Origin: Oscillospiraceae bacterium
GTDB lineage: Bacteria > Bacillota > Clostridia > Oscillospirales > Acutalibacteraceae
Direction: 5' to 3'
Length of the DNA: 38,350 nt
Assembly (NCBI GenBank): GCA_902796175.1
Contig: CADBOC010000200.1
Location: 1 to 38,350, forward strand
Of the stretch, positions 22,928 through 31,164 are shown one piece after another. How positions within the stretch are numbered: the stretch's first letter is position 1; each line of letters starts with the position of its first letter. A model generated the notes under the pieces. The model was given only the letters and a program-made list of their open reading frames with translations. It was not told the origin of the DNA and did not search any database. Both the position numbers and the translations under genes were made by a program.

Positions 22928-23653
22928 ATGACAGACAAACCGTTTGAAAGCCTGCCCCGGCACGTTGCCGTGATCATGGACGGCAACGGCCGCTGGGCAA
23001 AAAAGCGCGGCCTGCCGCGGTCTGAGGGCCATATCGAGGGCGCGAAGACCTTCCGGCGGATCGGCGAATACGCCGGCAACCTCGGCATCCGCCACCTGAC
23101 CTTCTACGCCTTTTCGACCGAGAACTGGTCAAGACCCGAAGCGGAGGTCAAAGCGATCATGTCGCTGTTCGGCGATTATCTCGACGAAGCGCTCAGAAGA
23201 CTGGACGAGGACAAAGAAAAAGGCATAAGGCTGCGTTTTCTCGGCGACAAAAGCCGCATCGATCCCGCGCTCGTCAGCCTGATGGATACGGTAGAGGAAG
23301 CGACCCGTGAGATGACGAAGGTCAACCTCAACATCGCCGTGAACTACGGCGGCAGACAGGAGATCCTGCAGGCGGCGCAGTCGATCGCCAGAGACGTAAA
23401 GAGCGGGGCGCTCTCCCCCGAAGAGATCACGGAACAGACGATCGAAGAAAGGCTGTATACCGCCGGTCAGCCGCCGGTGGATCTGCTCATCCGCCCCAGC
23501 GGCGAACAGCGGCTCTCCAATTTTCTGCTGTGGCAGTGCGCCTACGCCGAATTCTGGTATTCGGACGTGCTGTGGCCTGATTTTACAGAGGCAGATCTCG
23601 ACCGGGCGCTCGGGGCCTACGCCGCGCGCAGCCGCCGCTTCGGCGGGCTGTGA
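22928..23653 (+). CDS. uppS: isoprenyl transferase / undecaprenyl diphosphate synthase
   Basis: 241 aa. HVAVIMDGNGRWA, FSTENWSRP, RPSGEQRLSNFLLWQ, C-terminal RSRRFGG. Confidence 0.95.
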   Translation: MTDKPFESLPRHVAVIMDGNGRWAKKRGLPRSEGHIEGAKTFRRIGEYAGNLGIRHLTFYAFSTENWSRPEAEVKAIMSLFGDYLDEALRRLDEDKEKGIRLRFLGDKSRIDPALVSLMDTVEEATREMTKVNLNIAVNYGGRQEILQAAQSIARDVKSGALSPEEITEQTIEERLYTAGQPPVDLLIRPSGEQRLSNFLLWQCAYAEFWYSDVLWPDFTEADLDRALGAYAARSRRFGGL

Positions 23654-23684
23654 TACAAAAAAAACCGATCATACGTTTGACGCA

Positions 23685-23704
23685 GGGGGGCGCGAACGCC
23701 CCCC
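23685..23704 (+). other. perfect 8-bp all-GC hairpin (GGGGGGCG-CGAA-CGCCCCCC) in the uppS-cdsA spacer
   Basis: Read directly from the sequence. A second hairpin, TCGCGC-CGGA-GCGCGA, lies at 23730..23745. Neither is followed by a U-tract. Confidence 0.5.
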
Positions 23705-23757
23705 ATATAAAGCCCGAAAGGAAAATGGATCGCGCCGGAGCGCGACCGGGTCGAGGA

Positions 23758-24612
23758 ATGAAAAACCGATTGCTGACTGCCCTCGTAGGCGTTTCGATCG
23801 CCGTGGGATGGATGTTTACGGTCTATACGCCCGCCTTTTCCGCCATCATGGCGATCGTAGCAGGCATTGCCGTCTATGAAATGCTGAAGGTATTCGAGGT
23901 AAAAAATATCCCCTTCTTTGTGCTGTGCGAGCTTACGGGCGTCTGCACGATGCTTTGGGCGGATTATAAAAACAAGCTGGATCTGCCGCTCTTCCCGGTA
24001 CTCACGCTGATCGTACTGCTGAGCCTGGTGTTCATGGTGCTCGACTATAAACGCCTGCGCTTTGAGCAGGTAGCGTGTTCGCTGTTTTCCGCCGTGCTGA
24101 TCCCGGCGGCGCTCTCGTGCGTGGTGCTGCTGCGCGACGTATACATCGCATTTCCGGCTGTATTCACAAAGCCGGACGGGATCTTTCTGATCCTGCTCGC
24201 CTTTTTCTGCTCCTGGATCAGCGACGGCTGCGCGCTGTTCGCGGGCAGAGCCTTCGGAAAGCATAAGCTTGCCCCCGAGATCAGCCCGAAAAAGACCGTA
24301 GAGGGCGCTATAGGCGGCATTCTCGGCAACCTGCTGTTCTGCGCGGGGCTGTGGGCGGTATTTCAGTATAAATTCAATCTTTCGGCGTATATTGGTCTCG
24401 GATGGCTGATACCGGTCTCGGCAGGGCTTTCCGTTATAAGCATATTCGGCGACCTTGCCGCCTCAACGATCAAGCGGCACAGGGGGATCAAAGACTTCGG
24501 CAATCTGCTGCCCGGCCACGGCGGCGTGATGGACCGTTTCGACAGCTCCGTCTTTGTGTTCGCCGCGGAATACGCCATTGTATCGCTGATGGGAAAATGG
24601 ATCGGAGCGTAA
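23758..24612 (+). CDS. cdsA: phosphatidate cytidylyltransferase (CDP-diglyceride synthase)
   Basis: C-terminal signature STIKRHRGIKDFGNLLPGHGGVMDRFDS. MKNRLLTALVGVSIAV at 23758 looks like the canonical N-terminus. In-frame alternative starts at 23650 (GTG) and 23725 cannot be excluded. Confidence 0.85.
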   Translation: MKNRLLTALVGVSIAVGWMFTVYTPAFSAIMAIVAGIAVYEMLKVFEVKNIPFFVLCELTGVCTMLWADYKNKLDLPLFPVLTLIVLLSLVFMVLDYKRLRFEQVACSLFSAVLIPAALSCVVLLRDVYIAFPAVFTKPDGIFLILLAFFCSWISDGCALFAGRAFGKHKLAPEISPKKTVEGAIGGILGNLLFCAGLWAVFQYKFNLSAYIGLGWLIPVSAGLSVISIFGDLAASTIKRHRGIKDFGNLLPGHGGVMDRFDSSVFVFAAEYAIVSLMGKWIGA

Positions 24613-24628
24613 AGAACGGGAGCGGCTT

Positions 24629-25777
24629 ATGAACAAAAAAAACATCACGGTGCTCGGCTCCACGGGCTCCATCGGCGTGCAGTCTCTGGACGTCGCCGAA
24701 AAAGCGGGCTACGGCGTTACGGCGCTCACCGCGAATACGGACGTAAAAAAGCTGGAAGAGCAGATCCGGCGCTTTTTGCCGCGTTTTGCCGCGCTGCGGG
24801 ATGAGAACGCGGCGGCGGACCTCGCCGTTCGCGTCGCCGACCTCCCCACAAAGATCCTTGCGGGGGAAGAGGGCGTATGCGAATGCGCGGCGGCAGAGGG
24901 CGCCGACGTCGCCATCGACGCCATCGTGGGGCTTGCGGGCCTTCGTCCCGCGCTCGCTGCCGTCGGCGCCAGGAAGGATCTTGCCCTCGCGAACAAGGAA
25001 GCGCTGGTTGCGGGCGGACCCATCCTGCTCAACGCCGTAAAAACAAACGGCGTAAAGCTTCTGCCGGTAGACAGCGAGCATTCCGCGATCTTTCAGTGTC
25101 TGCAGGGCGCGCCGACAAACCGCGCGGTAAAAAAACTGATCCTGACCGCCTCGGGCGGTCCGTTTTTCGGTAAAACGCGCGAAGATCTGCAGCACGTAAC
25201 GGCTGCCGACGCGCTGCGGCACCCCACCTGAAGCATGGGCGCGAAGATCACGATCGATTCCGCCTCTCTGTTCAACAAGGGACTGGAGCTGATCGAAGCG
25301 CATTTTCTGTTCGGCGTCGCGCCCGAAAAGATCGAGATCGTGATACAGCGCGAAAGCGTGATCCACTCGATGGTGGAATACGACGACAATTCCGTGATCG
25401 CGCAGCTCGGCGTTTCGGATATGCGCATCCCGATCCAGTACGCGCTGACGTACCCGGAGCGCTTCCCCTCTCCGGCGGCGGAACCGGATTTTCCGGCCAT
25501 CGGCGCGCTTACCTTTTTCAAACCGGATACCGATACCTTCGACTGCCTGAACATCTGCCGCGAGGCGATCGGAAAAGGCGGCCTGTTCCCGGCGGCGGTC
25601 AATTCCGCAAACGAAGAGGCGAACCGCCTGTTCCGGGAGGGAAGGATCGGCTTTTTGGACCTGCCCGTACGCATCCGGCGGGCCTTCGGCGTTACGCCTG
25701 ATAAAACGGAGTTTACGCTCGAAGACATCTACGAAACAGACCGCGCCGCAAGAGCGGCGGTCCTCGCGGGACTCTGA
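24629..25777 (+). pseudogene. dxr: 1-deoxy-D-xylulose 5-phosphate reductoisomerase interrupted by one in-frame TGA (25229..25231); formally a pseudogene, possibly expressed by read-through
   Basis: ORFs 24629..25231 and 25235..25777 share one frame. The N-terminal part has GSTGSIG and LANKEALV. The junction reads [27 protein letters not shown], versus [23 protein letters not shown] in E. coli Dxr. Confidence 0.9.
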
Positions 25778-25812
25778 TCCCGTTATAATCTGAAACAAAA
25801 AGCGGTGATTTT

Positions 25813-26886
25813 TTGAACGGTATCTCATTGGCTGTTTCAGCCGGCGCCGTCTGGGGCAAGGTATGGCCGGTCCTCTTCGCCATCCTGTTTTTCGGCGTGA
25901 TCATAGCCCTGCACGAATTCGGGCATTTTATCACGGCAAAGCTCTTCGGCATGCGCGTGAACGAGTATTCCATCGGCATGGGGCCGGCGATCTTCAAACG
26001 CAAAAAAGGCGAAACGCAGTATTCCCTGCGCGCGCTGCCCGTCGGCGGCTTTGTCTCTCTTGAGGGAGAGGATGAGGTCTCGGACGATCCGCGCGCCTTC
26101 GGAAATCAGAAAGCGTGGAAGCGCTTTATCGTGATCGCGGCGGGCGCCACGCTCAACATCATTCTGGGGCTGCTGCTCATCGCGGTGATGATCGGCATAG
26201 ACGGAAAAACCGACACCACCGTGGTCGCAGGCGTTTCAGAGACGATGACGCAGAGCGAAAACGGCGTAAGGGAGGGCGACCGCGTCATAAAGATCAACGG
26301 CAGCCGCGTATACGCCGCCAGGGATCTGTACTACCAGCTTTACCGCAGCGAGAGCGACCGCTTCGATATCACGGTGCGCCGCGGCGGCGAACGGCTGGAG
26401 CTGACCGACGTGAAGGTGACCTATTCCGCCGAAGAGGGCTTTTGCGACTTTGTGGTCGGCGAACGGAAGGCGTCTTTCTTACGGGTGCTGCCCGACGCCG
26501 TCACCCAAACCGTTTCGATGACAAAGCTCGTCGGCCTGAGTCTGCTCGACATGGTGCGGGGCAAATACGGGCTCAAGGATCTTTCGGGCCCGGTGGGCAC
26601 CATCGGCATCGTGGCCGAAACGACCGGGGACGCGGTAAAGCAGGCGGATTACGGCTCCGTCATCTTTATTCTGGCGTTCATCACCGTGAACATCGGCGTT
26701 GTGAATCTGCTGCCCCTGCCGGCGCTTGACGGCGGCAGACTGTTCTTTATCCTCATTGAGATCATCGCGCGCAGACCTGTACCGAAGAAATTTGAGGCGG
26801 TCGTACACGCGGCGGGCCTCGTGCTGCTGCTGGCGCTGATGGCGCTGATCACCTTCAACGACGTATTCAACATGATCCGCAGATAG
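25813..26886 (+). CDS. rseP: RIP site-2 metalloprotease (M50 family)
   Basis: HEFGH zinc motif in TM1, a central PDZ-like segment, and NLLPLPALDGG near the C-terminus. TTG start at 25813 as given in the track; the exact start is uncertain. Confidence 0.9.
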   Translation: MNGISLAVSAGAVWGKVWPVLFAILFFGVIIALHEFGHFITAKLFGMRVNEYSIGMGPAIFKRKKGETQYSLRALPVGGFVSLEGEDEVSDDPRAFGNQKAWKRFIVIAAGATLNIILGLLLIAVMIGIDGKTDTTVVAGVSETMTQSENGVREGDRVIKINGSRVYAARDLYYQLYRSESDRFDITVRRGGERLELTDVKVTYSAEEGFCDFVVGERKASFLRVLPDAVTQTVSMTKLVGLSLLDMVRGKYGLKDLSGPVGTIGIVAETTGDAVKQADYGSVIFILAFITVNIGVVNLLPLPALDGGRLFFILIEIIARRPVPKKFEAVVHAAGLVLLLALMALITFNDVFNMIRR

Positions 26887-26906
26887 GTCTGCAAAGGAGA
26901 AAAAAC

Positions 26907-27950
26907 ATGGCAAGCAGAAAACAGGTGCGCTGCGGCCCGGTCACGATCGGCGGCGGCGCGCCGGTAACGGTACAGAGCATGCTCAATACCCCGGCTGAGA
27001 ATACGGCCGCATGCGTCAGGCAGGGGCTGGAGCTGCAGAACGCCGGCTGCGAGATCCTGCGCGCGACTGTGCCGAACGCGGCGGCTGTCAGAACGGTGGC
27101 CGCGCTCAAAGAGGCGCTTTCGATCCCGATCGTCGCGGACATTCACTTCGACTATAAAATGGCGCTGGAGGCGGCGGCCGCGGGGGCGGACAAGATCCGC
27201 ATCAACCCCGGCAACATCGGCGGCGACGACCGCGTGAAAGCCGTGGCGAACGCCTGTCGCGAACGCGGCGTCCCGATCCGCGTCGGCGTGAACTCAGGCT
27301 CTGTGGAAAAACACATTCTGCGCAAATACGGCGCGCCTACGCCGGAGGCGCTGGTCGAAAGCGCGCTGTATCACGTTTCTCTTCTCAATAAATTTGATTT
27401 TGACGACGTCGTCGTCTCCCTGAAATCCTCCGACGTCAAAAGCACCGTCGCGGCTTACCGCCTGATGGCCGAACGTACCGACTACCCGCTGCACGTCGGC
27501 GTAACGGAAGCCGGCACCGCGCGCATGGGCCTGATAAAATCAGCCGCCGGCATCGGCGCGCTGCTCGCCGACGGCATAGGCGACACGATCCGTGTTTCTC
27601 TGACCGCGCCGCCGGTCGAGGAGATCTACGCGGGGGCCGATATCCTGAAGGCGCTGGGACTCGGCAAACCCGGCGTGAACCTGGTATCCTGCCCCACCTG
27701 CGGGCGCACAAAGATCGACCTGATCGGCCTTGCCTCCCGGGTGGAGGCGGCGCTCAGGGGCTGCAGCAAACCGATCACGGTCGCCGTGATGGGCTGTATC
27801 GTCAACGGCCCCGGCGAAGCGAGAGAAGCCGATATCGGCATTGCCGGCGGCGACGGCGAAGGACTGCTGTTCAAAAAAGGCGAGATCGTGCGCAAGGTAA
27901 AAGAGGAGGAGCTCTTCTCCGCGCTGATGGAAGAGATCGCATCCATGTAA
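26907..27950 (+). CDS. ispG: 4-hydroxy-3-methylbut-2-en-1-yl diphosphate synthase
   Basis: 347 aa. VQSMLNT, IRINPGNIG, Fe-S ligand motifs VSCPTCGRT and GCIVNGPGE. SD AAAGGAGAA. Confidence 0.96.
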   Translation: MASRKQVRCGPVTIGGGAPVTVQSMLNTPAENTAACVRQGLELQNAGCEILRATVPNAAAVRTVAALKEALSIPIVADIHFDYKMALEAAAAGADKIRINPGNIGGDDRVKAVANACRERGVPIRVGVNSGSVEKHILRKYGAPTPEALVESALYHVSLLNKFDFDDVVVSLKSSDVKSTVAAYRLMAERTDYPLHVGVTEAGTARMGLIKSAAGIGALLADGIGDTIRVSLTAPPVEEIYAGADILKALGLGKPGVNLVSCPTCGRTKIDLIGLASRVEAALRGCSKPITVAVMGCIVNGPGEAREADIGIAGGDGEGLLFKKGEIVRKVKEEELFSALMEEIASM

Positions 27951-27957
27951 ATCATTC

Positions 27958-27984
27958 GCGGGGGCGGACCGTCCCCGCTTTTTT
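27958..27984 (+). terminator. rho-independent terminator after ispG
   Basis: GCGGGGGCG-GAC-CGTCCCCGC (9 bp including one G.U) followed by TTTTTT, 8 nt after the ispG stop. Confidence 0.8.
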
Positions 27985-28030
27985 GTCGCGATCTTTCCCG
28001 ATTTTTCCGCTTCCATCCGGCGCGGATCTG

Positions 28031-28039
28031 TGCTATACT
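28031..28039 (+). promoter_or_regulatory. candidate extended -10 promoter (TGcTATACT) for the GH25 gene
   Basis: TGCTATACT lies 59 nt upstream of the ATG at 28098. The -35 (TTCCAT) is weak. Confidence 0.4.
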
Positions 28040-28097
28040 GAAAAAAACGGATTCCGCCGAACCAGCCGCGGCGGAACGCGAACCGGGAGGAAATAAC

Positions 28098-30068
28098 ATG
28101 ACTCAGAAAAAACGTCCGCATGCAGCCGCCGTTTTCACGGCTTTTCTGCTGCTGTTTGCGATGCTGTTTCACAACGGAACGATCCCGGTCGCGGGAGCGG
28201 CTGAATTTCAGACAGGCGAATACACGCTGAACGCGAGCATGAACTTCCGCGTTTCTCCCGATATGAACGCCGAAAAGATCGGCGTGATCCCTTCGGGAAC
28301 GGCGGTACAGATCCTGGAGGTACGGGGGGACTGGGGCCGCCTTGTCTATGAGGACGCGGAGGGGTGGATCAGCCTGTTGTACAGCACCCCCCATCTGCCG
28401 CGCACAGACGTAACCTCGCCGGATCTGTGGCTCGTCGCCGATTTTTCGCAGTGGCACGAGCCTGAAAGCATCAGCTGGAGCGGTCTGAGAGCGGAGGGCG
28501 TTCAGGGCGTGATCCTGCGCGCGGGCGGCCGCGGCTACGGCAGCGCAAAACAGCTCTACGCGGACAGCTGCTTCGTATCGCACGCGCAGAGCGCCGCCGC
28601 GGCTGGTCTGCATATCGGCGTCTACTTCTTCAGCTACGCCCTGAACGCGGCCGAGGCGGTCGAAGAGGCCGATTTCACGGTCTCCATGATCCGCGCGGCC
28701 GGCATTCAGCCGGACATGCCCGTTTTTATCGACATCGAAGACGCGTCGGGCGACCGGCAGCATGAATACGCCGGCATCGACGTGTGCTCCGCCGTCTGCG
28801 ACGCGTTCTGCGAACGCATACGCGAAGCGGGGTATTACCCCGGCGTTTACTCCGGCAAATGGTTTGCGGAGACCCTGCTCTACCCGCAGGTGTTCAGCGG
28901 CCGCGCATCGTGGATCGCGCACTACGGGGTAGAGCGCTGCGGGTATGCTTACGCCGAGCCGGATATGTGGCAGTTCACGGAACGGGGAGAGCTTTACAGC
29001 GTAAGAGGGTACGTGGACCTCAGCTACTGCTACCGCGATTTTCCGGCGATGATCGCTTCCGGCGAGCCCGTTCCCGCTGAACCGGATAAACCGCCGATCG
29101 ACCCGCCGGAGGAGCCGGATCCCATCCCCGGCGCGGACCCGCACTATACCCCGCCCGATACATACGACGCGGATCTGGATTTCGGCGCGCACGTGCCGAC
29201 CGCGCGCTGGACGACCGTAAAGAACCCCACCTGCAAACGGGAGGGCGTTACGCAGCGGCGCTGCGCCGACTGCGGTTTGATCCTGCAGCACGCGGCGATC
29301 CCGCGTATCGCGCACACGCCGGGCGAACCGCTGGCGCTGCCCGCCGATACGGTGCTCACGCCCGGTGATCAGATCCCGCAGGCGCTTCTGCGCAGCCTTT
29401 CGCCCGCCGGCGACGACTCGACGGCCGCGGTGATCACGGTATGCACGCTCTGCAAAGAGGTGCTCACCTACGCCGTCGGCGACGGCAGCTGCGCCCACAC
29501 GGAAACCGAGACGGATACGATCGCCCCGACCTGCGTCAGAGAAGGCCTGCGCCGTACCGTATGCACGGCGTGTATGGAGGTGGTCAGCGCGGAGATCACG
29601 GAACAGGTCGCCCACACAAAGGGCGTCGCCGGTTATTTCGTGCCGGATTGCGCCCAGGGCGGCACGGAACGTTTCGTCTGCCCGGTATGCGATACCGTTC
29701 TGCTCGAAACCTATCTTCCGCCGGCGGAACACCGGTATTCGGATCCCGAGACCGTTTCCCCTGCTACGCTCTCTGAGGGAGCGCTTTTACGGCGGACCTG
29801 CGCCGTATGCGGCTCGACGGCCGATTCATACGGAGAACCGCTGCTGCCGGGGGACGCGGATGGGGACGGTCTGCTTTCGGCGGCGGACGCCCGTCTGCTG
29901 CTCCGCTTTGCAGTCGGGCTTGAAACGATGCTCCCCGTACCCGAAACCGCCGACCCGGACGGCAACGGCACGGTAGACGCCGCCGACGCCCGTTTGGCGC
30001 TGCGCCTTGCCGTGGGGCTCGAAGACCCGGAGGAGATCCGCACGGCCCTGCTCGCGGGAACGGAATAA
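28098..30068 (+). CDS. secreted multidomain muramidase: signal peptide, SH3b, GH25 lysozyme, Pro-rich linker, four Cys-rich repeats, dockerin
   Basis: Signal peptide ending VAGAAE. SH3b-like FRVSPDMNAEKIGVIPSGTAVQILEVRGDWGRLVY. GH25 motifs VADFSQWH, GVQGVILRAGG, GVYFFSY and PVFIDIED. The C-terminus carries two dockerin Ca-binding segments. Confidence 0.9.
   Translation: MTQKKRPHAAAVFTAFLLLFAMLFHNGTIPVAGAAEFQTGEYTLNASMNFRVSPDMNAEKIGVIPSGTAVQILEVRGDWGRLVYEDAEGWISLLYSTPHLPRTDVTSPDLWLVADFSQWHEPESISWSGLRAEGVQGVILRAGGRGYGSAKQLYADSCFVSHAQSAAAAGLHIGVYFFSYALNAAEAVEEADFTVSMIRAAGIQPDMPVFIDIEDASGDRQHEYAGIDVCSAVCDAFCERIREAGYYPGVYSGKWFAETLLYPQVFSGRASWIAHYGVERCGYAYAEPDMWQFTERGELYSVRGYVDLSYCYRDFPAMIASGEPVPAEPDKPPIDPPEEPDPIPGADPHYTPPDTYDADLDFGAHVPTARWTTVKNPTCKREGVTQRRCADCGLILQHAAIPRIAHTPGEPLALPADTVLTPGDQIPQALLRSLSPAGDDSTAAVITVCTLCKEVLTYAVGDGSCAHTETETDTIAPTCVREGLRRTVCTACMEVVSAEITEQVAHTKGVAGYFVPDCAQGGTERFVCPVCDTVLLETYLPPAEHRYSDPETVSPATLSEGALLRRTCAVCGSTADSYGEPLLPGDADGDGLLSAADARLLLRFAVGLETMLPVPETADPDGNGTVDAADARLALRLAVGLEDPEEIRTALLAGTE
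29190..29837 (+). repeat. four tandem Cys-rich protein repeats, P-[TD]-C-x9-C-x2-C...H type, putative zinc-ribbon modules
   Basis: NPTCKREGVTQRRCADCGLILQHAAIPRIAH; APTCVREGLRRTVCTACMEVVSAEITEQVAH; VPDCAQGGTERFVCPVCDTVLLETYLPPAEH; and a degenerate fourth, LSEGALLRRTCAVCG. Confidence 0.6.
29847..30032 (+). other. type I-like dockerin module
   Basis: Duplicated segments DADGDGLLSAADARLLLRFAVGLE and DPDGNGTVDAADARLALRLAVGLE (DxDxDGxxxxxD loop followed by a helix). Confidence 0.8.
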
Positions 30069-30072
30069 CGCG

Positions 30073-30112
30073 ATAACTGCCGGACGGCCCGCAGGGGCTG
30101 TCCGGCAGTTAT
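30073..30112. terminator. bidirectional hairpin terminator between the convergent dockerin genes
   Basis: ATAACTGCCGGAC ... GTCCGGCAGTTAT (13-bp perfect arms, extendable inward) lies between the stops at 30068 and 30126. U-tracts are poor on both sides. Confidence 0.65.
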
Positions 30113-30125
30113 GATAGTCTATCGG

Positions 30126-30992
30126 TCAGAGGACTTCCAGATCCACGGCGGCGCGCAGGATCAGGCGCGCGTCGGCGGAGGAAAGCGCGCCGTCGCCGTC
30201 CACGTCAAGCAGGCGGTAAACCTCGGAACGCGCGTCAAAGGAATCGAGCCCGACGGCCGCGCGAAGCGCAAGACGCGCGTCGCCGGAATCCACCTCTCCG
30301 CTCTGATCGGCGTCCCCGGGCAGATCGGCTGAGGACGCTTTGACCGTGCCGGCGGTCAGGTCCGGCTGCAGTATGAAGCAGATCTTTCTGCCCTGGCGCG
30401 TCAGACGCCCGGCGTTGAACTGCCTCCAAGTAAAACGGTTCACGGCGATCAGGCCGTTGTAATCGGCGTTGCCCTCAAGGATCGTAATGCCTTCTTCGTC
30501 GTAGGTCAGAACGATGAACGAATGGCCGTCGGATCCGTTAAAACTGTAATCGGAATTGCCGGTCGTGCGCACGTAAGCGCCGCAGCCGACGCCGGCCTTC
30601 AGCATCGACTGATAAGAGAGCGCGTCCCGCGCCCTGAGCGCCACACGGCTCGCCCGGAACGCACCGGAAGCGTCCCCCGGGATCTCGGAAAACAGATAAT
30701 AATATACGGCCTGCGCATAGGCGAGACACTGATACCCCCAAACGGGATACTCGCCGCCCCAGGTATAAACGCGGTCCGGGTCGATGGAATCGCCGACGGC
30801 GAAGGTCTCGTCCGTATTGCGGAACAGCACGGCTTTGCCCTGCAGAACGTTTGTCAGCTTAGCGGCCAGCGCTTTGTTGTCGGTATAGGCGCCGCCCCTC
30901 AGCGACGCGGCGGAGGCAGGCAGCCGAAAAAAGAACCCGATCACGATCATGACCGATAAGAAAACGGAAACACCCTGTTTTCTGTTGTACAC
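30126..30992 (-). CDS. secreted papain-fold (NlpC/P60- or CHAP-like) amidase/peptidase with C-terminal dockerin
   Basis: GTG start after AAAGGAG. Signal peptide ending LPASAAS. Candidate nucleophile in VWGYQCLAYAQAVYYY and His in SDGHSFIVLTYD. Dockerin segments DADQSGEVDSGDARLALRAAVGLD and DVDGDGALSSADARLILRAAVDLE map to nt 30129..30320. Confidence 0.75.
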   Translation of the reverse strand: MYNRKQGVSVFLSVMIVIGFFFRLPASAASLRGGAYTDNKALAAKLTNVLQGKAVLFRNTDETFAVGDSIDPDRVYTWGGEYPVWGYQCLAYAQAVYYYLFSEIPGDASGAFRASRVALRARDALSYQSMLKAGVGCGAYVRTTGNSDYSFNGSDGHSFIVLTYDEEGITILEGNADYNGLIAVNRFTWRQFNAGRLTRQGRKICFILQPDLTAGTVKASSADLPGDADQSGEVDSGDARLALRAAVGLDSFDARSEVYRLLDVDGDGALSSADARLILRAAVDLEVL

Positions 30993-31018
30993 AACACCAC
31001 TCCTTTCGGTATAATGTT

Positions 31019-31048
31019 ATTGTAGCATCATAAGTCCCTGCGCGTCAA
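31019..31048 (-). promoter_or_regulatory. candidate promoter TTGACG-18-TACAAT (TGc extended) for the amidase-dockerin gene
   Basis: Minus strand: -35 at 31048..31043, -10 at 31024..31019. Confidence 0.5.
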
Positions 31049-31079
31049 CCCGGCAATCTGTACAAAAATCATTTACCGC

Positions 31080-31108
31080 TTGAAGAAACGTCGACGAAGG
31101 CGTATACT
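31080..31108 (+). promoter_or_regulatory. candidate promoter TTGAAG-17-TATACT for pepT
   Basis: -35 at 31080..31085, -10 at 31103..31108, 56 nt upstream of the ATG. Confidence 0.55.
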
Positions 31109-31164
31109 GATACCGTACCGGCCGCGCCTGCGGACGGAATTCTCGAAAGGAACCTGAAATAAGC

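Noticed and set aside
25229-25231. The TGA in dxr read as selenocysteine, or as evidence of an alternative genetic code (UGA=Trp or Gly).
   Set aside because: The position is an invariant Trp, not a Cys/Sec site. I see no convincing SECIS-like hairpin just downstream. TGA terminates frr, uppS and dxr at their expected C-termini in the same operon, so the standard code applies.
27540-29732. 730-aa minus-strand ORF. Similar long antisense ORFs occur at 16818..18416, 24488..25828, 34323..35888 and 36212..37129.
   Set aside because: All are antisense to genes with clear family motifs (ispG/GH25, ligA, dxr, GH95/oxidoreductase, ThuA). All have Arg/Gly/Ala-biased, repetitive translations and lack ribosome-binding sites.
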